This document shows, one piece after another, positions 11,177 to 20,992 of a stretch of DNA of 64,000 nt (position 1 is its first letter; the number at the start of each line of letters is the position of its first letter). The position numbers and the translations under genes are program-made. This DNA comes from Terrimicrobiaceae bacterium (GTDB lineage: Bacteria; Verrucomicrobiota; Verrucomicrobiia; Chthoniobacterales; Terrimicrobiaceae), in the NCBI GenBank assembly GCA_041752695.1, contig JBGSVZ010000043.1, forward strand, positions 41,045 through 105,044. Direction: 5' to 3'. Below the pieces are notes generated by a model. That model saw only the letters and a list, made by a program, of their open reading frames with translations. It was not told the origin of the DNA and ran no database searches.

Positions 11177-12076
11177 CTATTTGGCGGAGTTCTTCGGATC
11201 GAGAGTATCGCGAAGGGCGTCGCCTAGGAAATTCAGGGCGAGCAGGGTGACGGCCATGGCGACGGCGGGAAAGACCACGAGCCACCAGCGGATTTTGATG
11301 GGATTGAGCGAACCAGCTCCGTCCGCCAGGAGAGACCCCCAACTGGCCATCGGGGCCTGCACGCCCAGACCGAGGAAGCTGAGGAACGATTCATCGATGA
11401 TCACCGCCGGAATGGTGAGGGTGAGGTAAATCAAGATGACACCGGTGAGATTGGGAAGCAGATGGCGGGTGAGGATGGCGAAATGCGACTGACCGAGCCC
11501 GACGGCGGCGGTGACGAAGGCGCGACTTTTCAGCTCGAGGGTCTGGCCACGCACGATCCGGGCAAGCGTCAGCCATTCGATGACGCCAAGAGAGAAAATG
11601 AGGATGGCAATGCGGGAGGAAGATACGAGCCAATCCCAGCCCATTTCGGAAGCGAAGCCCTGCAGTTTGGCATTGAAGGCATTGATGCAGATGAGGATGA
11701 AAATCAGCCGGGGCACGGAATAAAGAACATCCACGATGCGCATCATGGCGGCATCAAGCCGTCCGCCCGCGTAACCCGCAACAAGGCCATACGCGGTTCC
11801 GATGAAAAGACTCACCAGCGCGCCGCACAGGCCGACGAGGAGGGAGATCTGGCCGCCGGTCAGGACGCGGTGAAGCACGTCACGGCCATTGAGATCGGTG
11901 CCAAAGGGGTGCGCCAGGCTGGGCGGGGCAAACGACAGCGCGCTCGGCTGCGCGTAGGAAGGCGGCAGGAAAAATGGGCCGGTCAGCGTGACCACCGCAA
12001 TCGTGGCCACGACGAGAGACGAAAGGACCGCGACGCGATTTTTGCGGAACCTCCGCCAGGCGCGTCCGTCACCCAT
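11177..12076 (-). CDS. oppC: Oligopeptide/dipeptide ABC permease, OppC-like
   Basis: AWRRFRKNRVA, HPFGTDLNGRD, RHLLPN and ESFLSFLGLG motifs; likely start MGDGR overlaps the oppB end. Confidence 0.88.
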   Translation of the reverse strand: MGDGRAWRRFRKNRVAVLSSLVVATIAVVTLTGPFFLPPSYAQPSALSFAPPSLAHPFGTDLNGRDVLHRVLTGGQISLLVGLCGALVSLFIGTAYGLVAGYAGGRLDAAMMRIVDVLYSVPRLIFILICINAFNAKLQGFASEMGWDWLVSSSRIAILIFSLGVIEWLTLARIVRGQTLELKSRAFVTAAVGLGQSHFAILTRHLLPNLTGVILIYLTLTIPAVIIDESFLSFLGLGVQAPMASWGSLLADGAGSLNPIKIRWWLVVFPAVAMAVTLLALNFLGDALRDTLDPKNSAK

Positions 12077-12989
12077 CGAGCCGGATCCTCCGGTCGAGCA
12101 GGGTGTAGAGCACATCCACCGCGAGGTTGAAAAGAACGAGCAAGGCACAATAGACAATGACCACCCCGCCGAGGAGAAACCCGTCGCGGTTGAGGATCGA
12201 ATTGACAAAAAATCCGCCTGCGCCGGGGATATGGAAAATGGTTTCGACCACGATGGAACCGGTCAGCAAATGTGCGGCGAGCGGGCCAAGAAACGACACG
12301 ACCGGGAGGATGGCCACGCGCAGGGCATGACGGTAGAGCACCACGCGTTCCGCCAACCCCTTGGCACGGGCCGTGCGGATGTAATCCTGGCCGAGCGTTT
12401 CCACCATGCTGCCGCGGAGCAGTCGGGCAATGTAGGCGACATAAGGCGCGGCGAGGGTGAGGGTGGGCAGAATGAGGGTTTCCGGCGAACCCCAGCCGCC
12501 CACCGGCAACCAGCCCAGCCAAAGGCTGAAGACCAGAATCAAAATGGGGCCGACGATAAAAGCGGGGAGGGACACGGCCCCCAACGCAAAAAACATTGCG
12601 AGGGTGTCCTTCCATGTCCCCTTGCCGGCGGCGGCCGTGACTCCGAGCACGACCCCACCGCAGACCGCGAGGGCAAACGCAGAAGCCCCCAGTGCCATGG
12701 TGACCGGCAGAGTTTGGATCAGAATTTCGCCGACGGAGCGGTTGAGATATTTGGTGGAGTCCCTCAGGTCGCCACGAATGAGGTCGGAAACGTAGCCCGT
12801 ATATTGTTGCCAGAGCGGCCCATCGAGCTCGTATTTCTCGAGAAGTTTTTTCTCGATGGCCGGAGGCAGCTTACGCTCGCGATCGAACGGGCCGCCGGGA
12901 GAGATCCGGATGAGGAAAAACGTGATTGTGACCACGCAGAACAGCACAACCCCGAGGGCGACAAGTCGGCGGATGAGAAATGCGATCAC
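12069..12989 (-). CDS. oppB: Oligopeptide/dipeptide ABC permease, OppB-like
   Basis: PGGPF, DYIRTARAKGL, HALR and VETIFHIPG motifs. Confidence 0.9.
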   Translation of the reverse strand: MIAFLIRRLVALGVVLFCVVTITFFLIRISPGGPFDRERKLPPAIEKKLLEKYELDGPLWQQYTGYVSDLIRGDLRDSTKYLNRSVGEILIQTLPVTMALGASAFALAVCGGVVLGVTAAAGKGTWKDTLAMFFALGAVSLPAFIVGPILILVFSLWLGWLPVGGWGSPETLILPTLTLAAPYVAYIARLLRGSMVETLGQDYIRTARAKGLAERVVLYRHALRVAILPVVSFLGPLAAHLLTGSIVVETIFHIPGAGGFFVNSILNRDGFLLGGVVIVYCALLVLFNLAVDVLYTLLDRRIRLDG

Positions 12990-13070
12990 GCGGAATCCTC
13001 TACGGTCTCAACCTCCCGCTGCCAAGCACGGGGTTCGCACAATCCCTGAAGGACGCACCTCCAGGAGGGG

Positions 13071-13676
13071 TCAGGCGACCTTAAAATACGGCAGCTTCGC
13101 GGAGGTCTCGTGGATGGCAGGGATGCCCTCGAGGAGGTCGGCGATGGCGTCCCATTTCCCCAGGACCAGTGCCTCCTGCGCGTGGGGCGGCAAGGTGGCT
13201 TTGAAGTCCATGTCGGCCGCCGTAACTTTCCCTTCGAGCAGGTCAATCGTGATCATGACCGACGGGTCGGCTTCCACCAGTCCGGCGAGGGCGGCGATAT
13301 CCTGTTGCGACATGACCGCGCAGGGCATGCCCAGGGTGGTCGAATTGCCGAAAAAGATCTCCGCAAAGCTTTCCGCCAGGACGGCCCGAAATCCATAGCG
13401 GTAGAGCGCCTGCGGGGCGTGTTCGCGCGAGCTGCCGCACCCGAAATTTGAGCCGGACATGAGAATGCTCGACCCCAAAAACCGGGGGTCGTTAAGCGGA
13501 TAGGGCTTGTCGGAACCGTCTTCGTTTTTCCGTTCGTCGTAAAAGGCGTATTCGCCCAATCCGTCGAATGTGATGCACTTCATGAAGCGCGCCGGAATGA
13601 TGCGGTCGGTGTCGATATCCTCGCCGGGAATGTAGATTCCCCGGCCGGTCACTTGGGTGATTTTTTCAAGAGCCAT
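13071..13676 (-). CDS. leuD: 3-isopropylmalate dehydratase small subunit
   Basis: DIDTDRIIPARF and NFGCGSSREHAPQAL motifs. Confidence 0.96.
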   Translation of the reverse strand: MALEKITQVTGRGIYIPGEDIDTDRIIPARFMKCITFDGLGEYAFYDERKNEDGSDKPYPLNDPRFLGSSILMSGSNFGCGSSREHAPQALYRYGFRAVLAESFAEIFFGNSTTLGMPCAVMSQQDIAALAGLVEADPSVMITIDLLEGKVTAADMDFKATLPPHAQEALVLGKWDAIADLLEGIPAIHETSAKLPYFKVA

Positions 13677-13691
13677 GGTAATAAAATCCGA

Positions 13692-15101
13692 TCAGTTGAC
13701 GTTAAATACCTCGCGGGCATCGGCGATCTCGCCGGACACCGCCGCGGCGGCGACCATGAGGGGGCTCATCAGGACGGTGCGTCCGGTCGGGCTGCCTTGG
13801 CGGCCTTTGAAGTTACGGTTGCTGGAACTGGCGCAAAGTTGGTCGCCGATCAGTTTGTCGGGATTCATGGCGAGGCACATGGAACACCCGGCTCCGCGCC
13901 ACTCGAATCCAGCTTCGCGGAAAATTTCCGCTAAGCCCATTTTTTCGGCAATCAGAGAAACGCCCTGCGAACCGGGAACCACGATGGCTTTGACGCCGGG
14001 GCTGACCTTGCGGCCTTTCAAAAAGCGGGCCACCTCGGTGAGGTCGCTCAGGCGGCCGTTCGTGCAACTTCCGAGGAAAGCGACGTCGACCTTGGTGCCC
14101 TTGATGGGGGTGCCTGCCTTGAGATGCATGTGGACCAGGGCCTCCTCTGCGGTGGCGCGGTCTTTCTCCGGGAGTTCGCTCGGAACCGGGACCTGCTCGT
14201 CGATAAAGATGGCCTGCCCGGGATTGATTCCCCAGGTGACGGTGGGCGCGATGTCGGAGGCCTGATAGGTGACGACGTCGTCGTAAAATGCGCCCGGGTC
14301 GGACGCGAAGGATTTCCAGCGTTCCACGGCCGCGTCCCATTCGGCGCCGGTCGGGGAATACGGGCGGCCTTTGAGATAGGCAAACGTGGTTTCGTCGGGA
14401 TTCACATAGCCCACGCGCGCACCACCTTCGATGGACATATTGCACACGGTCATGCGCTCCTCCTGCGTAAAGGCGTCAAAGGTCGAGCCTCCGTATTCGT
14501 AGGCGTAGCCGATGCCGCCGTTCACCCCCAACTTGCGGATGATGTGCAGAATCACATCCTTGGCATAGACGCCGGGCGCGAGTTTGCCCTCGACGTTGAT
14601 CCGCCGAACCTTGGGCTTGCGGATTGCCATGGTTTGAGTCGCCAGAACGTCGCGGACCTGACTGGTGCCAATGCCGAACGCGATGGCCCCAAAGGCCCCG
14701 TGGGTCGAAGTGTGAGAATCTCCGCAGGCGATCGTCGTGCCCGGCTGGGTGATGCCTTGCTCGGGGCCCACGATGTGCACGATGCCCTGTTTCCCGGTCG
14801 GGATGTCGAAAAAGGTGATATCGAATTCTTCGCAGTTCTTGCGCAGAGCCTTGATCATGTCGTCGGCCAACTGGTCGGAAAAGGGTTCCTCGGATTCATC
14901 GGTCGGAACGATATGATCCACCGTTGCGAAGGTGCGCCGGGGGTAGAGGACGTCCAGCTTGAGGTCGCGCAGCATCCCGAAGGCCTGCGGGCTCGTTACT
15001 TCGTGAATGAGATGGGTTCCGATGAGGAGCTGGGTGTTTCCATTCGGCAACTCCCGCACGGAGTGTGTTTCCCAAACCTTGTCCAACAATGTCTTGCTCA
15101 T
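13692..15101 (-). CDS. leuC: 3-isopropylmalate dehydratase large subunit
   Basis: [38 protein letters not shown] and [10 protein letters not shown]; start taken at MSKTLLDK. Confidence 0.97.
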   Translation of the reverse strand: MSKTLLDKVWETHSVRELPNGNTQLLIGTHLIHEVTSPQAFGMLRDLKLDVLYPRRTFATVDHIVPTDESEEPFSDQLADDMIKALRKNCEEFDITFFDIPTGKQGIVHIVGPEQGITQPGTTIACGDSHTSTHGAFGAIAFGIGTSQVRDVLATQTMAIRKPKVRRINVEGKLAPGVYAKDVILHIIRKLGVNGGIGYAYEYGGSTFDAFTQEERMTVCNMSIEGGARVGYVNPDETTFAYLKGRPYSPTGAEWDAAVERWKSFASDPGAFYDDVVTYQASDIAPTVTWGINPGQAIFIDEQVPVPSELPEKDRATAEEALVHMHLKAGTPIKGTKVDVAFLGSCTNGRLSDLTEVARFLKGRKVSPGVKAIVVPGSQGVSLIAEKMGLAEIFREAGFEWRGAGCSMCLAMNPDKLIGDQLCASSSNRNFKGRQGSPTGRTVLMSPLMVAAAAVSGEIADAREVFNVN

Positions 15102-15226
15102 GATTTTCTTTGCTCTTTGCGCCTGAAGGCGAACGGAAAAGCATCTCCGCAAATCGTTCCGGGCGCAAGTTCCTTGTCAACTTCATGACCTTGCGCCACA
15201 GTACATAAAACTCCCCGCAAAATCCC

Positions 15227-15811
15227 ATGCCCATCGCGAATCCCGACCATTGGTATTTAAAGAAACACGATCACGGGGAAGTTTTTGGCCCTGTTCATTT
15301 CGATAAAATCAAGGATTGGGCACGCTCCGCCCAGATCAATCCCCAGGACATGCTATCCGAGGACAGCAAGGTCTGGACGAAGGCGCCCATGATTCCGGAG
15401 CTGGAAATGGACTGGCTGGTGGTGGTCGGGGACAATTTGCTCTACGGTCCAACCACAGCTGGGTCGCTCCTGGAATTTGTCCAACTCGGCGAGATCACCT
15501 CCGAGACTGCGCTGGTGAACTGCTGCACCGGGCAAGTTTGGAATCTGAGCGAAACGCCTTTTTACGAACAGGCGCAATTGGAGCCGAAGGAGGACGTGAT
15601 TCCCAATAATCCCCTGCTCGCCATGCTTCAGCAGCCGGGTGCGGGAGGGTTGAAGTCCAACCTTCAAAAACGGGTGCGTGAATTGGAGTCGGCGCTCCTC
15701 GACAAGCGCCGCAAGCTGATGACCGCGGAAGAGACCATCACGCGCCTCGAAACGAAGGTGCACGACCTTGAGCTCAAGGTGCGCGAGTTGACCGGGTTTC
15801 ACAAAAACTGA
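15227..15811 (+). CDS. Hypothetical protein with two GYF_2/DUF4339-like repeats and a C-terminal coiled coil
   Basis: WYLKK..GEVFGPV and WLVV..LLYGPT repeats; heptad-rich C-terminus. Confidence 0.65.
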   Translation: MPIANPDHWYLKKHDHGEVFGPVHFDKIKDWARSAQINPQDMLSEDSKVWTKAPMIPELEMDWLVVVGDNLLYGPTTAGSLLEFVQLGEITSETALVNCCTGQVWNLSETPFYEQAQLEPKEDVIPNNPLLAMLQQPGAGGLKSNLQKRVRELESALLDKRRKLMTAEETITRLETKVHDLELKVRELTGFHKN

Positions 15812-15821
15812 CCGGTTGGTT

Positions 15822-16253
15822 TTACCGGAGCTTCCGCAGCCGCGCGTCGAGATCGCGCCCCGCGGCGTCTATCTCTTCGCGGAGTTGGAGGGCCGACATC
15901 GTGTAGCCGCCGAAACTTTCCACGGTCGTGCGTTCCATGATGTCGTCCGTGGCGACGGTCACTTCGTATTTGTCTGCATAGGTGGCCACGAGTCGTTCGA
16001 TGATGCTGTCGGCCGTCTGACCGTCGCGGGAATAAAAGATCTTGATGCCGTGAGGTTCGCTGGCCTCGGAGTTTTTGCGGCCGGTGCCGTCGAAAACGAC
16101 AGCCACATTCCAATCGGAGTTGTCCTGCAGACCATTGAGCATCCGGACGAGAGTTTCACGGGCGACGGCACCGCGTTTGGCGTGTTGCAGGGTGAGATCG
16201 GGCCACTGGAAAATCATGCTGTGGCCGTCAACGATGAGCACGCGTGGTTTCAT
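15822..16253 (-). CDS. NYN-domain (YacP/Rae1-like) ribonuclease
   Basis: LIVDGHS, VVFDG, TADSIIE and VATDD PIN/NYN acidic motifs. Confidence 0.85.
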   Translation of the reverse strand: MKPRVLIVDGHSMIFQWPDLTLQHAKRGAVARETLVRMLNGLQDNSDWNVAVVFDGTGRKNSEASEPHGIKIFYSRDGQTADSIIERLVATYADKYEVTVATDDIMERTTVESFGGYTMSALQLREEIDAAGRDLDARLRKLR

Positions 16254-16304
16254 GATCTTCGGATTTAAATTAAGACGCTCCGCTAGGCTTGTCTAATCGC
16301 AAAC

Positions 16305-16333
16305 TTGCAGACTACCCCGGAACGCGCTAAGGT
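16305..16333 (+). promoter_or_regulatory. Putative sigma70 promoter of the copper operon
   Basis: TTGCAG-N17-TAAGGT, ending 6 nt before the GTG at 16340. Confidence 0.5.
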
Positions 16334-16339
16334 TCCTTC

Positions 16340-16726
16340 GTGACTTCGAATATTCCACGCTTCGCTGTGATCCTCCTGGTCATGGTGGCTTGGATGTTTG
16401 CTTCGAATCACTGCGCGATCGGCGCGATGATGGCGGCGGCGGATGACCATGCCTGCTGTCACCAAAGCGAAACCTCTTCAGGCCCGGTCATGGAATGTTG
16501 CCACGCGCTGAGCGCACCACTTCCTGCCGCTGTGGTCATTCCGGTGTCCGGGCAATTCGTGCTGCTCGCCGCCTGGGAGGAAGTCTTCTTCCTCTCTTGT
16601 GCAGTTTTGGAAAATCCCGCAGCGGTTCTCGTGTCCGCCCAGGGTCCGCCCGGTGCTTTTGCCTTCGCGGAGTTGGTCTTGAATCGGAGCCTGCTGGCGC
16701 ACGCTCCCCCGGTTGTTGTCGCTTAA
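16340..16726 (+). CDS. Cys/His-rich membrane-targeted leader protein (DUF2946/CruR/CutF-like) ending in HAPP
   Basis: Hydrophobic N-terminus, HC..DDHACCH..MECCH cluster, QGPP and C-terminal HAPP; first gene of the copper operon. Confidence 0.7.
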   Translation: MTSNIPRFAVILLVMVAWMFASNHCAIGAMMAAADDHACCHQSETSSGPVMECCHALSAPLPAAVVIPVSGQFVLLAAWEEVFFLSCAVLENPAAVLVSAQGPPGAFAFAELVLNRSLLAHAPPVVVA

Positions 16727-16814
16727 TTCGCCGCCTCCTGCCACACGGCATGGGGTTTTCCGCGTTCCAGACAGGTTCTGGCGCGATCTCTGAAAAATTC
16801 CCACAACGACAACT

Positions 16815-17060
16815 ATGAAAATTCTGACTTTGATTCTCCTCCTCGCCTCCGGCTGCCTCGTGCAGGCCGCTGAGGCGCAAAAACCGGTGTATCCACTCAC
16901 CACCTGCGTGGTCTCGGGTAAAAAACTCGACTCCATGGGCGGACCCTTCATCACGCACTACAACGGCGTGGAAGTTCGCTTTTGCTGCGAGCACTGCCAG
17001 CCGAAGTTTGAAAAGGATCCTGCGACGTTTCTGAAAAAAATTCAGGACGCCTCGAAATAA
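16815..17060 (+). CDS. Small secreted YHS/TRASH-like metal-binding protein
   Basis: Signal peptide, then YPLTTCVVSGKKL and RFCCEHC motifs. Confidence 0.75.
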   Translation: MKILTLILLLASGCLVQAAEAQKPVYPLTTCVVSGKKLDSMGGPFITHYNGVEVRFCCEHCQPKFEKDPATFLKKIQDASK

Positions 17061-17111
17061 CCTGCGGTTGCCCGCGGGTGTTTTGCACCCGCGGACGACT
17101 TTTCTCATTTT

Positions 17112-19370
17112 ATGTCTGAGCAACACTGCTGCCATGGCGGGCATCACGCGTCGACGTCTGTCGCACCTACCAAGGAATGGTTCTGTCCCATGTGTCCGGG
17201 GGTGGAGTCCGACAAACCCGGCGCCTGTTCAAAATGTGGCATGGCCCTGGAGCGGAATCCCGCGTTTGTCCGGGCTGCCACGTACACCTGTCCCATGCAC
17301 CCCGAGGTGCGGTTGGATCATCCCGGCGAATGCCCGATCTGCGGGATGGCGCTGGAAGCGGTGCAACCCGAACCCGCCGAAGACAACGCCGAACTCCGCG
17401 ATATGACGCGGCGGTTTTTCATCGGCCTGCCGCTGGCGCTGCCCGTTATTATACTCGCGATGGCTGAGCACGTCCCCTCCCTGCGGGTGCTGCCCCCGGT
17501 CGTGTCCGCCTGGATCCAATTCCTCCTCGCCACCCCCGTCGTGCTGTGGTGCGGGTGGCCGTTCTTCGAGCGGGGCTACCGATCCATCGTCTCCTGGCAT
17601 TTGAACATGTTCACCCTCATCGCGCTGGGTACGGGGGCGGCTTATGTGTTTAGCGTCATTGTCTTGTTTTTCCCGGGATTGTTGCCGCATGAGATGCGGC
17701 ACGACGGGATGCTGCCGGTGTATTTTGAGGCGGCTGCTGTGATCATTGTGCTGGTCTTGCTCGGCCAGGTGCTCGAACTCCGGGCACGCGCCGGAACGGG
17801 AGCTGCCATCAAGGCGCTCCTTGATCTCGCGCCGAAAATTGCCCATCGGGTTCGCGCCGGTGCTGAGCAGGATGTGCCACTCGATCAGGTGCAATCCGGG
17901 GATCTTCTCCGCGTGAAGCCGGGCGAAAAGGTGCCGGTGGATGGCGTGGTGACCGAAGGCCAGTCCGCGGTGGATGAATCCATGCTCACCGGCGAGCCCC
18001 TGCCCGTGGAGAAGGCGGTCGGCGCGCGTGTCGCGGGCGGAACGATCAACGGCAACGGCAGTCTGGTTTTCCGCGCTGACCGGGTCGGGTCGGAAACCCT
18101 GCTCGCGCAGATCGTCCAGATGGTCGCGTCCGCCCAGCGGAGCCGCGCGCCGATTCAGCGCCTCGCCGATGTGGTCGCCGGGTGGTTTGTGCCAGCCGTC
18201 GTGACCGTTGCGGTGATCACGTTTTTCGTGTGGCTGTTTTTCGGTCCGGCACCCGCCTTAACGTACGCTTTGGTGAATGCTGTGGCGGTGCTGATCATTG
18301 CCTGCCCTTGTGCGCTCGGTCTGGCGACGCCGATGTCCATCATGGTCGCGGTGGGACGGGGGGCGGGTTTGGGCGTGTTGATCAAGGAAGCTGCGGCGCT
18401 GGAGACGCTGGAAAAGGTTGACACGCTCGTGGTTGATAAAACCGGTACGCTCACCGAGGGCCGCCCTGCCGTCACGGCGGTCGCCGCCGTTTCCAGCGAG
18501 GACGAAGTGCTTGGTCTGGCGGCGGCTTTGGAAGCACAAAGCGAACACCCGCTGGCCGGGGCGGTGGTGCGGCTGGCCCAAGAACGTGGGCTCACCGCGG
18601 GCCGGGTGGAGGATTTTTCCGCCATCACGGGCGGTGGCGTGCGAGGCAGGGTCGATGGCCGCTCCGTTCTCGTAGGCAAACGGGCCTTGCTGGAGGAGGC
18701 TGGGGTGGGGAATTTTGCCGCCTTGGAAAAGCAGGCCTTTGCTGCGCAGGCCGAGGGCCGGACCGTCATCTGGGTCGCCTGCGACGGAAAAGTCGCGGGA
18801 TTTTTGGTCCTCTCCGACCCGGTGAAAAAGAGCACGTCCGAGGCCATCGAAGCGCTGCACAAGCTCGGTATCAAAATCAGCATGCTCACGGGCGATAATC
18901 TCCAAACCGCGGCGCATCTGGCAAAAAATCTCGGCATCGATGATTTCGTCGCTGAGGTCAGTCCGGCCGACAAACAATCTCGTGTCACCGCATGGAAAAA
19001 GCAGGGCCGCGTGGTGGCCATGGCGGGTGACGGCGTGAACGACGCCCCCGCGCTGGCGGCAGCGGATGTGGGCATTGCCATGGGCACCGGCACGGATGTG
19101 GCCATGGAAAGCGCCGGCATCACCCTGGTGAAGGGCGATCTGCGCGGCATCGTGCAGGCCATCGCCCTTAGTCGCGCCACTATGCGCAACATCCGGCAAA
19201 ACCTGCTCTTTGCGTTTTTGTATAACGTCCTCGGAGTGCCGATCGCCGCGGGGGTCTTGTATCCGGTCTTCGGCATTCTGCTCAGCCCCATTATCGCCAG
19301 CGCGGCGATGTCGCTAAGCAGTGTCTCCGTCGTAGGCAACGCCCTGCGGCTTCGAAAGGTCAAATTATGA
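17112..19370 (+). CDS. copA: Copper-translocating P1B-type ATPase
   Basis: YTCPMHPEV metal-binding domain, [34 protein letters not shown] and MSLSS motifs. Confidence 0.95.
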   Translation: MSEQHCCHGGHHASTSVAPTKEWFCPMCPGVESDKPGACSKCGMALERNPAFVRAATYTCPMHPEVRLDHPGECPICGMALEAVQPEPAEDNAELRDMTRRFFIGLPLALPVIILAMAEHVPSLRVLPPVVSAWIQFLLATPVVLWCGWPFFERGYRSIVSWHLNMFTLIALGTGAAYVFSVIVLFFPGLLPHEMRHDGMLPVYFEAAAVIIVLVLLGQVLELRARAGTGAAIKALLDLAPKIAHRVRAGAEQDVPLDQVQSGDLLRVKPGEKVPVDGVVTEGQSAVDESMLTGEPLPVEKAVGARVAGGTINGNGSLVFRADRVGSETLLAQIVQMVASAQRSRAPIQRLADVVAGWFVPAVVTVAVITFFVWLFFGPAPALTYALVNAVAVLIIACPCALGLATPMSIMVAVGRGAGLGVLIKEAAALETLEKVDTLVVDKTGTLTEGRPAVTAVAAVSSEDEVLGLAAALEAQSEHPLAGAVVRLAQERGLTAGRVEDFSAITGGGVRGRVDGRSVLVGKRALLEEAGVGNFAALEKQAFAAQAEGRTVIWVACDGKVAGFLVLSDPVKKSTSEAIEALHKLGIKISMLTGDNLQTAAHLAKNLGIDDFVAEVSPADKQSRVTAWKKQGRVVAMAGDGVNDAPALAAADVGIAMGTGTDVAMESAGITLVKGDLRGIVQAIALSRATMRNIRQNLLFAFLYNVLGVPIAAGVLYPVFGILLSPIIASAAMSLSSVSVVGNALRLRKVKL

Positions 19371-20992
19371 AATCCCTCATCCTGTTTCTTTGCGCCATGC
19401 TGCTCGCCGGCTGTTCCAAACCGCCCGCCGATGATGGCCGCAAAATCAAGCTCTACCAAAGCCCGATGCACCCGTGGATCACGTCCGACAAACCGGGCAA
19501 TTGCACTATCTGCGGGATGGCCCTCGTGCCGGTCTATGAAGGCGACCAGCCGCTCGAGAGCCGCGATGGCCTGATTTCGCTGCATGGCGATTCCGTCAAT
19601 GTTATCGGCGTCACCACCGTGCCCGTGCGGCGGATCGAACTCACCCGCGCCCTGCGTTTCAGCGGCATCCTGGAGGATGATGAAAATATCCACCGCGTGA
19701 TCGCCGCGTTTTACGATGGCCGGATCGAGCAGGTGAATGTTCTGCATGTCGGACAGTATCTGGAAAAAGGCCAGCCGCTGGCTTCGCTCTACAGTCCGGA
19801 GTTGCTTTACGTCGTTCGCGAATTTCAAAACGCCATGCGGGGCAAAAACGACGTGGCGGCCCGAAATTCCGCACAGCGGCTCATTCAATATGGCCTCACC
19901 GCGGAGCAACTCGCCGCCATCGCCAAGCAACCCGACAATGTTTATACCGTCGATCTGCTGGCGCCCATCAGCGGCACGGTGCTGACCAAGAAAGCCTACA
20001 AAGGCCAGTATATTAAAACCGGCGAACCACTCTTCGAGATGGGCGACCTCGCCAGGCTGTGGTTTCACGCGGAGGTGTATGAACGGGATCTGGCGGAAGT
20101 TCGCCTTGGGCAAAAAGCCATCCTCCGCACCCCGACCGTGCCGGGTCGCGAATTCGAGGGCGTAGTTACGTTTATTGATCCGAATTTTGACGCGCAGACC
20201 CGCAGCACGAAGGTCCGTATCGAGGTGGATAATCCGCCCGCCGAAGGGGATGGGCAGGGCCTTCGCCGGATTCTGCCGCACCGCGCTTATGCCGAGGCCT
20301 CCATTTTGGCCGAGGTGGGAGAAACTCTCGTTGTGCCTCGTTCCGCCGTCCTCCGCGACGGACGCCGCGAGGTCGTTTATCTCGATTCGGGCGAGGGAAA
20401 ATACGAGCAGCGTTCCGTCAAAACCGGCCGCGTCGGGGACGAAGGCATCGAGATTCTGGAAGGCCTTGAGGAAGGGGACAAGGTTGTCACGCAGGGCAAC
20501 CTCATGATCGACGCCGAGGCCCAGCTTCGCAGCGGGGTCGTGTCGTCCGGCGAAGTGAAACCGTCCGTTCCTCCGCAAAAAGACGCCGAGGCGTTTCTTC
20601 TCCAGTTGGCCAAGGTTTCCTCCGCTCTGGCTGCGGAGGACATCGTTGCCGCTGCCAAGGAAGCCCGGTCCCTGCATGATCTCGCGACGGCGATTCCCGG
20701 CGATTCGCTTCCCGATTTGGAGGCACTTAAAACCCTGGTGAATCCGTCCGGCAGTGATCTGAGTGCGCTAAGGCAAAGTTTTCTTCCCTGGAGCCTTGGC
20801 GGCTCCGAGCTGGCGCTGGCCATGCAGCGTGGAGGACAGAAAACCGATCTGCACGTTTTCGAATGTCCCATGACGGGTGACAGTTTTCCCGGCGCACCGG
20901 AACAGGCCCGCTGGGTGCAGTCCGGCACCGATGTCCGCAATCCATATTTGGGTGCGGCCATGCTGACCTGTGGCGCGGAGATGAAACCATGA
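19367..20992 (+). CDS. cusB: CusB-like heavy-metal RND periplasmic adaptor with C-terminal DUF3347-like domain
   Basis: Lipoprotein-like [23 protein letters not shown], membrane-fusion core, C-terminal FECPM..WVQ..RNPYLG..MLTCG. Confidence 0.88.
   Translation: MKSLILFLCAMLLAGCSKPPADDGRKIKLYQSPMHPWITSDKPGNCTICGMALVPVYEGDQPLESRDGLISLHGDSVNVIGVTTVPVRRIELTRALRFSGILEDDENIHRVIAAFYDGRIEQVNVLHVGQYLEKGQPLASLYSPELLYVVREFQNAMRGKNDVAARNSAQRLIQYGLTAEQLAAIAKQPDNVYTVDLLAPISGTVLTKKAYKGQYIKTGEPLFEMGDLARLWFHAEVYERDLAEVRLGQKAILRTPTVPGREFEGVVTFIDPNFDAQTRSTKVRIEVDNPPAEGDGQGLRRILPHRAYAEASILAEVGETLVVPRSAVLRDGRREVVYLDSGEGKYEQRSVKTGRVGDEGIEILEGLEEGDKVVTQGNLMIDAEAQLRSGVVSSGEVKPSVPPQKDAEAFLLQLAKVSSALAAEDIVAAAKEARSLHDLATAIPGDSLPDLEALKTLVNPSGSDLSALRQSFLPWSLGGSELALAMQRGGQKTDLHVFECPMTGDSFPGAPEQARWVQSGTDVRNPYLGAAMLTCGAEMKP

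Noticed and set aside
11177..12989. oppBC without oppA/D/F as a novel transporter
   Set aside because: Split ABC operons are common; partner genes are probably elsewhere in the genome.
15102..15226. Possible leucine attenuator upstream of leuC
   Set aside because: No short Leu-rich leader peptide or terminator hairpin with U-tract; the region is a short divergent promoter.
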